DNA from: Minisyncoccota bacterium
GTDB taxonomy: Bacteria; Patescibacteriota; Minisyncoccia; Phycocordibacterales; Phycocordibacteraceae
NCBI GenBank assembly: GCA_041660025.1
Contig: JBAZXD010000001.1
Coordinates: 40,059 to 104,058 of the forward strand
Direction of reading: 5' to 3'
DNA: 64,000 nt
Shown: in pieces, positions 56,769 to 64,000 of the stretch
How positions within the stretch are numbered: position 1 is the first letter of the stretch
Layout of the letters: each line of letters opens with the position of its first letter
Translations under genes and position numbers: made by a program
Notes under the pieces: generated by a model
What the model was told of the DNA's origin: nothing
Databases searched by the model: none
What the model saw: the letters and a program-made list of their open reading frames with translations, nothing else

Positions 56769-57872
56769 ATGTCGTTCCTCTCCGATCTCTTTGTGAAAAA
56801 GGAAAAGAGCGTTCTGGGTGTCGATATCGGCTCCTCCTCTTTGAAGGTGGTCCAATTGCGCAAGGAGCGCGGGCAGGCAGTGCTTGAGACGTACGGCGAA
56901 CTCTCGCTCGGTCCCTATGGCGGGGGAGAGATCGGCCAGGCGACGAACCTCTCCGCCGAACAGATCGCCGAAACCTTGAAGGACCTCCTGCGCGAAGCGA
57001 AGGTGACCACGAAGAATTGCGGCGTCTCGATACCCTACGCGCGCTCGCTCCTCACGCTCGTTCAGCTACCGTACCGTGTCGATGCGAAGGAACAGAAGAC
57101 CGTCATCGAGCTTGAGGCGCGCAAATATATTCCGGTACCCGTTGCCGAAGTACAGCTCGATTGGTTCATCGTCCCGCAGATGAGTCCCGCACAATCGGTC
57201 GCGGGCGTCGCCGGCTCGCAGCCTCCCGCCCAAGGGGGGACTGTCGACGTCCTGCTCGTCGCCGTCCACAATGACGAACTCACCCTGCTTCAGAAGATTG
57301 TTGCCACGGCGAATCTCGCGGCCAGCTTCTACGAGATCGAGATATTCAGTACCATCCGGGCGGCGGTTGAGGATCCGGTGAAGCCGGTCATGGTGCTTGA
57401 TATTGGCGCCGCATCGACGAAAGTATATGTCGTCGAACACGGCGTGGTGGCGCTCTCGCACGCGATAAGCGCGGGGAGCCAGGACATCACACGCGCTATC
57501 GCGATCTCCGGCAATATGCCCATCGCCCAAGCCGAAGCGCTGAAGAAGAGGGAGGGACTCGGAGAGAGCGGTGCGCTCGGGAGCCCCGAACTCGTGTTCT
57601 CGCGCATCTTCTCCGAGGTGCGTCGTGTCTTGATGCAGTACGAGACGGCGCACAAGAAATCGGTCACTTCTATCATATTCACCGGTGGTGGCGGGATCAC
57701 GAAAGAGCTCGGTGTTTATGCGAAAAAAGTTTTCTCGATCGACGTGCACATCGCGAACCCCTTCGCGAAGACCGAGGCGCCGGCCTTCATGCGCCCGGTC
57801 CTCGAGGAGATCGGTCCCGAGTTCGCCGTGGCGGTCGGTCTCGCGCTCCGCAAGCTCGAAGAGATAGGATGA
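56769..57872 (+). CDS. pilM: type IV pilus assembly protein PilM
   Basis: LGVDIGSSSLKVVQL, EARKYIPVP, LDIGAAST, TGGG, AVGLALR. Confidence 0.93.
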   Translation: MSFLSDLFVKKEKSVLGVDIGSSSLKVVQLRKERGQAVLETYGELSLGPYGGGEIGQATNLSAEQIAETLKDLLREAKVTTKNCGVSIPYARSLLTLVQLPYRVDAKEQKTVIELEARKYIPVPVAEVQLDWFIVPQMSPAQSVAGVAGSQPPAQGGTVDVLLVAVHNDELTLLQKIVATANLAASFYEIEIFSTIRAAVEDPVKPVMVLDIGAASTKVYVVEHGVVALSHAISAGSQDITRAIAISGNMPIAQAEALKKREGLGESGALGSPELVFSRIFSEVRRVLMQYETAHKKSVTSIIFTGGGGITKELGVYAKKVFSIDVHIANPFAKTEAPAFMRPVLEEIGPEFAVAVGLALRKLEEIG

Positions 57873-57929
57873 CGTTTTGCACAGCGTTCCGGCGTGACGC
57901 TTGCGCTGATAGCGTATACTGAAAGAGAA

Positions 57930-58553
57930 ATGGCTCTTCCTCCCACGATACCAACCTCGTTCGTTCCGCACGCGACCTCCGCGCCCGCGCGTCGGTTCCG
58001 CACCGACCTTGTCGGCGCATTCGGTTTTTTCACATACGCGGTTCTCGGCATCACTTTCGTGCTTGCTCTCGGCGTATTCTTCTACGGCCGCATTCTCGCG
58101 TCGAACAAGGCCGCGAAGGATGCAGAGCTCGCAGCCGCCCAGGCGAACATCGACCCGGCGACCGTGGAGAACTTCGTCCGCCTGCGCGACCGCCTCACCT
58201 CGAGCAATTCGCTCCTCGCGAAGCACGCCTCCTTCTCCAGCTTCTTCTCCTCGCTCGAGAAACTCCTCCCCGCGAGCGTCCGCTTCACGTCGCTCCACCT
58301 CTCGCAGAGCGATATCGGTATGCCGAAGATGGAGGGCGTCGGCACCGCGAAGAGCTTCAACGCCCTTGCGTCGGCGTCGAACGCCTTTGCGACCGACGGA
58401 CGGATCAAGGACGCTATCTTCTCGAACATAAGCGTCAACCGGGATGGCTCGGTCTCGTTCGTTCTCTCGGCGACGCTTGATCCGAAGATCATCGCTTTTT
58501 CACCGGCCGCCGCACTGACCGATGACGCGGGAACGCCCGCCCCACTGCCATGA
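57930..58553 (+). CDS. PilN-like type IV pilus assembly protein
   Basis: TM, coiled coil and ferredoxin-like domain; follows pilM. Confidence 0.72.
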   Translation: MALPPTIPTSFVPHATSAPARRFRTDLVGAFGFFTYAVLGITFVLALGVFFYGRILASNKAAKDAELAAAQANIDPATVENFVRLRDRLTSSNSLLAKHASFSSFFSSLEKLLPASVRFTSLHLSQSDIGMPKMEGVGTAKSFNALASASNAFATDGRIKDAIFSNISVNRDGSVSFVLSATLDPKIIAFSPAAALTDDAGTPAPLP

Positions 58554-59110
58554 ACGACCGGATCCTCCCGCTCATCGCGCTCGCCATTGCTCTCGGCATA
58601 TTCTTTACCTACGTGAGCCCGACCTGGTCCGGCTCGATCGCAGCAGCGAAAGAAGCCATCGCGCTCGACGATAAAGCGCTCGCCGCGGCGAAACAATACA
58701 CGGAACAACAAAATGCGCTTGCCTCGGCGCGCAATGCTATCGATCCTGCGAATCTCGCGCGCCTTTCTGTCTTCTTGCCCGATTCGGTCGATAACGTCGG
58801 GCTCATCTTGGACCTGAACGCGCTCGCGGCGCGCTCGGGATTCTCGCTCTCTAATATCGACGTGGTCTCGAATACCGCGGCCGCTGCGAAGACACCGGCG
58901 CAAAAGGGATTGCCGGCGGCAGGGGTAAGCCCGGTAGGCTCGATCGACCTCTCGCTCTCCGCGGTTGGGACCTACGCGGCGCTCCAGTTGTTCCTCGCCG
59001 GCGTTGAAAGGAGCGCACGTTTCCTCGACGTCCGTGACATCCTTGTGAAGGGCTCCGAAACGGGTGTCTACAATTACCAGATGACGCTGCGCCTCTACTG
59101 GCTCCGCTAG
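58550..59110 (+). CDS. PilO-like type IV pilus assembly protein
   Basis: TM, coiled coil, LPDSVD, GTYAALQLFL..VERSARFLDV. Confidence 0.78.
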   Translation: MNDRILPLIALAIALGIFFTYVSPTWSGSIAAAKEAIALDDKALAAAKQYTEQQNALASARNAIDPANLARLSVFLPDSVDNVGLILDLNALAARSGFSLSNIDVVSNTAAAAKTPAQKGLPAAGVSPVGSIDLSLSAVGTYAALQLFLAGVERSARFLDVRDILVKGSETGVYNYQMTLRLYWLR

Positions 59111-59131
59111 CCGCTGAGCGCACTATCCCCT

Positions 59132-59437
59132 ATGAAAATCGACTCCAACACCACGCTCATCGTCATCGCGACACTCATCGTCGCGGCCGGTGCGTACTGG
59201 TATTTCTTTACCGGAACGGGGAATCAGCCGCCCTTGACCGCCACGACCGTTACCGAAAACGAGGCGCAGATGCGATTCCAGGCGCTTGTCAGCGAACTGC
59301 AGCCCATATCGTTTGACACGAGCATCTTCTCGAACCCGCGCTTCCTGTCGCTCACCGATCTGACGACACCGATCACGCCAGAGTCGTCCGGCCGCCTTGA
59401 CCCATTCGCCTCCATCATCGGCGTAAGCGCAAAATGA
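59132..59437 (+). CDS. small membrane-anchored protein in the pil cluster (PilP position)
   Basis: N-terminal TM; C-terminal GRLDPF motif. Confidence 0.65.
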   Translation: MKIDSNTTLIVIATLIVAAGAYWYFFTGTGNQPPLTATTVTENEAQMRFQALVSELQPISFDTSIFSNPRFLSLTDLTTPITPESSGRLDPFASIIGVSAK

Positions 59438-59440
59438 GTA

Positions 59441-61225
59441 ATGAACTTTCTCGAATTACTGGTTGACAAAGGGCTCATTTCCAAAAGCGATCGCGCCGCG
59501 GTCGAAGCAGAACTCGCCAAAGGACGTCCGTTCGCCGACGTGCTCGCCGAGCGCGGCATTTCGCTTGAGAGCGCGCTCGCCGAGGCCGCAAAGCCGTATG
59601 GCATCCCTTCCCGCGTGCTCGGCGACCCTCCCGCCGCCCAAGAGGTGTTCGCCTATGTGCCGATCGATTCTGCTCGCCATTACGGATTCGTGCCGCTCGA
59701 TATCAAGGAGGGCGCGCTCGAGGTCGGCATCATCGACCCCGACAACATCGAGGCGCTCGACGCCCTGCAATTCATCTCCGGGAAGATCGGGATGCCATAC
59801 AAGATATTTCTCATCACGAAACAGGATTTCGACCGGGTGATCGACGCCTACCAGAATCTCTCGGGCGAGATCGGCAAGGCGCTTTCCGAATACGAAACGA
59901 CGACGACGCCGGTCGCGGAAGAGCGTCACGCCGGTAGCCCATCCGCCGTCGAGGAAACCTCGGTGCTGGATGAAGAAACGCTCGGTCTTACCGGCCCGCA
60001 CGAGACGCTCAAGGAGGATGCGCCGGTGACAAAGATCGTCTCGACGATATTGCGATACGCCATCGAGCAGCATTCTTCCGACGTTCATATCGAACCTTCA
60101 TCCGAGAGGACGCGCGTCCGCTTCCGTATGGACGGCGACCTGCACACCTCGCTTGAATTACCGGCGAAGGTGCATGAAGCGGTCGTCGCGCGCATCAAGA
60201 TCCTCGCGAAATTGCGCCTCGACGAGAAGCGCAAGCCGCAGGACGGACGCTTCTCGGCGAGCGTCGAGAAGCGGAGCATCGATTTCCGCGTTTCCACCTT
60301 CCCGACGGAATACGGCGAGAAGGTCGTGATGCGCATCCTCGACCAGTCGGATGCGACCGCGACGCTCGAATCCGTCGGGCTCTCGGCCGCCCAGCTCGTC
60401 GAGGTCCGCGAGATGATGAAGGTCCCGTACGGGATCATTCTCATCGCGGGACCGACCGGCTCGGGTAAGTCGACAACGCTTTTCGCGATGCTCTCCGAGA
60501 CCGACCGCGAAACGGAGAACGTCGTGTCGCTCGAGGACCCGGTCGAGTATGAGATCCCCGGCGTCGCGCAGAGCCAGATGCGTCCCGAGATCGGTTACAC
60601 GTTCGCGAGCGGTCTCCGCTCCGTCCTGCGCCAGGACCCGGATATCATTATGGTCGGCGAGATCCGCGACAAGGAGACCGCGGTACTCGCGGTGCAGGCC
60701 GCGCTCACCGGCCACCTCGTATTCTCCACCATCCATACCAACACGGCGGTCGGCGCGATCCCGCGCCTCATCGATATGGGGGTCGACCCATTCCTCATCG
60801 CGCCGACACTCGTTTCCGTCATCGGTCAGCGGCTCGTCCGGAAGCTCTGTCCCGGGGCAGGGAAGCCGTTCCCGATCAAGGACAGCATCAAGGAATTCCT
60901 CGATCGGCAATTCGCCGACCTGCCCGAAGAACATCGCCGCGCCCTGCCACCGTTCAAGAATTTTTATCACGCGAGCCCGACGGAGGATTGTCCGAACGGC
61001 ACGCGCGGCCGTACCGGCGTCTTCGAAATACTGAAAATGGATAAGACGCTCGAGCAGGTCGTGCTCAAGGAGCCGGTCGAAGAGAAGGTCTTTGCCACCG
61101 CGCGCGCGAACGGTATGCTCACGATGCGTGAGGACGCCATTATGAAAGCGCTTGCGGGCGAGATCCCCTTCGAAGAGATCAACACGCTCGGCGGCGAACT
61201 TTTCCCCGAGGGCGCCCCTGCTTGA
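59441..61225 (+). CDS. pilB: type IV pilus assembly ATPase PilB/GspE
   Basis: SDVHIEP, PQDGRF, GPTGSGKSTT, EDPVEY, LRQDPDIIMVGEIRD, TGHLVFSTIHTN. Confidence 0.95.
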   Translation: MNFLELLVDKGLISKSDRAAVEAELAKGRPFADVLAERGISLESALAEAAKPYGIPSRVLGDPPAAQEVFAYVPIDSARHYGFVPLDIKEGALEVGIIDPDNIEALDALQFISGKIGMPYKIFLITKQDFDRVIDAYQNLSGEIGKALSEYETTTTPVAEERHAGSPSAVEETSVLDEETLGLTGPHETLKEDAPVTKIVSTILRYAIEQHSSDVHIEPSSERTRVRFRMDGDLHTSLELPAKVHEAVVARIKILAKLRLDEKRKPQDGRFSASVEKRSIDFRVSTFPTEYGEKVVMRILDQSDATATLESVGLSAAQLVEVREMMKVPYGIILIAGPTGSGKSTTLFAMLSETDRETENVVSLEDPVEYEIPGVAQSQMRPEIGYTFASGLRSVLRQDPDIIMVGEIRDKETAVLAVQAALTGHLVFSTIHTNTAVGAIPRLIDMGVDPFLIAPTLVSVIGQRLVRKLCPGAGKPFPIKDSIKEFLDRQFADLPEEHRRALPPFKNFYHASPTEDCPNGTRGRTGVFEILKMDKTLEQVVLKEPVEEKVFATARANGMLTMREDAIMKALAGEIPFEEINTLGGELFPEGAPA

Positions 61226-61252
61226 CGCGACCGCGTAGTATACTGGCGAGTA

Positions 61253-61645
61253 ATGGCGTACCGCGTGTATCTTGTCGACGACGATAGGTTCCTGCTCGAA
61301 CTCTATGCGGTCAAGTTCAGAAATGCCGGTCACGAGGTGACTGTGTTCGGGAGCGGCGAAGACCTTCTCGCGGCGCTCCGGAAGGAAGATGCGCCGCCGC
61401 CGGATGCGATACTGCTCGACCTTATTATGCCCGGCGTGGGCGGGTTCGAAGCGCTCGAGACGATACGGAAGGAACAGCTCGCGAAAACCTCGAAGATCAT
61501 CATCCTCTCGAACCAGGGCCAGGATTCTGACATCGAGAACGCGAAAAAATTGTCCGCTGACGGTTACATCATAAAAGCGTCCGCGATCCCTTCGGAAGTG
61601 CTCGCAGAAACGCTGCGCACCATCGAGTCAGAGATCGCTCGTTGA
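61253..61645 (+). CDS. single-domain response regulator (CheY-like receiver)
   Basis: LVDDD, LLDLIMP, ILSN, YIIK. Confidence 0.92.
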   Translation: MAYRVYLVDDDRFLLELYAVKFRNAGHEVTVFGSGEDLLAALRKEDAPPPDAILLDLIMPGVGGFEALETIRKEQLAKTSKIIILSNQGQDSDIENAKKLSADGYIIKASAIPSEVLAETLRTIESEIAR

Positions 61646-61652
61646 ATACTAT

Positions 61653-62714
61653 ATGGCTACGGACAAACATCTCGAAGAACTTCTCGACATCGTCATCGCC
61701 CAGGGCGGTTCCGATCTCCACATCTTCGCCGGAGGTTCTCCGATGCTCCGCGTGTCCGGCACGCTCGTTCCTCTCACGAAGTATTCTGCGCTTTCTCCCG
61801 AAGGGACCGAGGCGATGCTCAAGAGCATCGTACCTCCTGATCGCTGGTCATCCTTCCTCGCCAACCAGACGATCGATCTCTCGTACGCACACAAGGTTGA
61901 CGCGCGATTCCGCGTCAACGGCTATCGCGTACAGGGGACGACCGCGCTCGCGCTTCGGCTCATCCCGCGCACCATCCACACCTTCACCGAGCTGAATCTT
62001 CCGTCCGTGCTCGAAGTATTTACCCAGCGCGCACAGGGGTTCTTCCTCGTCGTCGGTCCGGTAGGGCAGGGCAAGTCGACCACGCTCGCCACGATGATCG
62101 ACCGCATCAATGAGACTCGCGCCGAACACATCCTCACCATCGAGGACCCGGTCGAATACCTCTTCACACCGAAGAAGTCGCTCATTCATCAGCGCGAGGT
62201 CTACATTGACGCGCCCGATTTCCATACGGCGCTCCAGAGCTCGTTCCGCGAAGACGTGGACGTCATTATGGTTGGCGAGATGCGCGACTACGAGACCATT
62301 TCCTCCGCGGTGACCGCCGCCGAGACCGGCCATCTCGTGTTCTCCACGCTCCACACCAATAACGCCGCACAGACCATCGACCGCATTATCGACATGTTCC
62401 CGGCCGAGCAGCAGTCCCAGGTGCGCGTACAGCTGGCGGGGAGCCTTGCGGGCATCTTCTCGCAGAGGCTCATCCCGCGGGTCTCGGGCGGGCTCATCCC
62501 GGCATACGAGCTCCTCATCAACAACAACGCGGTGAGTACGCTCATCCGCGACGGGCGCAGTCAGGAGATCAGCGCAGTGATCCAGACCTCGTCGCAGGAG
62601 GGGATGATCGATATGGATCGCTCGCTCGCCGAGCTCGTACAGAAGGGCGAGGTGACGGTCGAACACGCCTACGAGCATTCGATGGATCCCAAGACCTTCG
62701 AGCGTTATCTGTAA
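61653..62714 (+). CDS. pilT: type IV pilus retraction ATPase PilT
   Basis: GSDLHI, GPVGQGKSTT, EDPVEY, IHQREV, AAETGHLVFSTLHT. Confidence 0.95.
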   Translation: MATDKHLEELLDIVIAQGGSDLHIFAGGSPMLRVSGTLVPLTKYSALSPEGTEAMLKSIVPPDRWSSFLANQTIDLSYAHKVDARFRVNGYRVQGTTALALRLIPRTIHTFTELNLPSVLEVFTQRAQGFFLVVGPVGQGKSTTLATMIDRINETRAEHILTIEDPVEYLFTPKKSLIHQREVYIDAPDFHTALQSSFREDVDVIMVGEMRDYETISSAVTAAETGHLVFSTLHTNNAAQTIDRIIDMFPAEQQSQVRVQLAGSLAGIFSQRLIPRVSGGLIPAYELLINNNAVSTLIRDGRSQEISAVIQTSSQEGMIDMDRSLAELVQKGEVTVEHAYEHSMDPKTFERYL

Positions 62715-62717
62715 AAT

Positions 62718-63923
62718 ATGCTTTTTAAATATCACGCCATCGACCAGGACGGCTACGAGCGGGACGGGACCATCGAGGCGCCGTCGCAGGAGGTGGCCGT
62801 CTCCGCTCTCCAGCGGCGCAATCTTATCGTCTCGGCGATCGATTCTGCCGAGAAGCGTTCCCTGCTCGAGCTCAATTTTTCATTCTTCGGGCGGGTTTCC
62901 AACAAGGACGTCGTGATCCTTTCGCGGCAGATAGCGACGCTCTTTGAGGCGCAGGTCTCCGCGCTCCGCATCTTTCGTCTCCTGGCCGCCGAGGTCGACA
63001 ATAAGCAGTTGGCGACCGTCCTCTCTTCCGTCGGCGACGACCTGCAGGGCGGCAGTCCCATCAGCTCGGCGCTCGGGCGGCACCCGAAGGTCTTCTCGGT
63101 GTTCTATGTGAATATGGTTCGCGCGGGCGAAGAATCGGGCAAACTGTCGGAAACGTTCGTGTACCTCGCCGACTATCTCGACCGCACGTACGACGTTGTC
63201 AGCAAGGCCGAGAATGCCCTCATCTACCCGATATTCGTCATCGTCGTCTTCTTCGGCGTGATGGCGCTGATGCTTACCCTCGTCATCCCGAAGATCAGCG
63301 CCGTACTCATTGATTCCGGACAGGCGGTACCGGTGTACACCGCGATCGTCATCGGATTTTCGAATTTCCTCGTGCACTACGGGATATTCGTACTTATCGC
63401 GCTTGTCGGGCTCGGGTTCTATGCGTGGCAGTTGAGTAAGACCGAGCGCGGCCGACTCGTGCTCGACAGCCTCAAGCTCTCGGTGCCGTATGTAGGCGAT
63501 CTCTACAAGAAGCTCTATCTCGCCCGCATCGCGGACAACTTCTCCACGATGCTCCTCTCCGGCGTTGCCGTTGTCGAGGCGATCGAGATTACCGGCTCGG
63601 TCGTGGATAACGCCGCGTACAGGATCGTGCTTGAAACCGTGGGGAGGGATGTGAAGGGCGGGTCTTCGATCTCAGACGCGCTTGGCAAGCATGCGGAGAT
63701 ACCGGGCATTATGGTCGCGATGACGAAAGTCGGCGAGGAGACCGGCGAGCTCGGCAAGATCCTCACGACACTGGCCAAGTTCTACAACCGCGAGGTGACG
63801 AACGCTGTCGACACGCTCGTCGGTCTCATCGAGCCGATCATGATCGTCCTTCTCGGTCTCGGCGTCGGCACGCTACTCGCCGCCGTCCTGCTCCCGATAT
63901 ATAACCTCGCCGGCTCTATTTGA
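62718..63923 (+). CDS. pilC: type IV pilus platform protein PilC/GspF
   Basis: SRQIATLF, MVRAGEESGKL, ALIYP, VGEETGEL, LIEPIMI. Confidence 0.94.
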   Translation: MLFKYHAIDQDGYERDGTIEAPSQEVAVSALQRRNLIVSAIDSAEKRSLLELNFSFFGRVSNKDVVILSRQIATLFEAQVSALRIFRLLAAEVDNKQLATVLSSVGDDLQGGSPISSALGRHPKVFSVFYVNMVRAGEESGKLSETFVYLADYLDRTYDVVSKAENALIYPIFVIVVFFGVMALMLTLVIPKISAVLIDSGQAVPVYTAIVIGFSNFLVHYGIFVLIALVGLGFYAWQLSKTERGRLVLDSLKLSVPYVGDLYKKLYLARIADNFSTMLLSGVAVVEAIEITGSVVDNAAYRIVLETVGRDVKGGSSISDALGKHAEIPGIMVAMTKVGEETGELGKILTTLAKFYNREVTNAVDTLVGLIEPIMIVLLGLGVGTLLAAVLLPIYNLAGSI

Positions 63924-64000
63924 GGGTTGTCCACACCCGTATTCCCATATCGGGTGCTATGCCGTACAATTTAGCTATTAACCGCACAATATTCACTATG

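Noticed and set aside
63998-64000. ATG at the window end (possibly the next pilus-cluster gene)
   Set aside because: Only the start codon is visible, so no call is possible.

Overview
A GC-rich bacterial chromosome segment using genetic code 11 (TGA serves as stop). Gene content points to a Patescibacteria/CPR organism, most likely Parcubacteria (inference): no rpmD/uL30 between rpsE and rplO, a pilM-N-O-pilB-RR-pilT-pilC type IV pilus cluster with comF/comM, no biosynthetic genes, and near-leaderless, SD-free core genes. Core content: a partial Xer recombinase, rpsO, an NYN protein, a DksA-like protein, comM, a LysM/M23 peptidase, uvrD/pcrA, rsmA, a secreted/VirB6-like membrane cluster, the str-S10-spc ribosomal cluster through secY-adk-map, ndk, a beta-CASP nuclease, infC-rpmI-rplT, nth/mutY, rnj, secG, groES/EL, a MacAB-like exporter, tRNA-Ser(GCT) and pilus genes. 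The most notable unannotated structure is non-coding. (1) Five dispersed copies of an ~80-105 bp intergenic element with divergent sequence but a conserved fold. The fold shows compensatory changes, includes tandem G.A pairs that only one strand can form, and abuts or supplies stop codons. (2) A ~145 nt stand-alone RNA with its own promoter and terminator, resembling a compact 6S RNA. (3) A 1.45 kb AT-rich islet integrated in the 3' end of the NYN gene, bounded by a 56 bp synonymous direct repeat. (4) tRNA-Ser 3'-end duplications enclosing a structured element. Also seen: small accessory ORFs sharing a distinct SD-led expression signal, an unusual uS12, and repeated loss of Cys metal-binding motifs. 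All calls are by eye; no database search was run.
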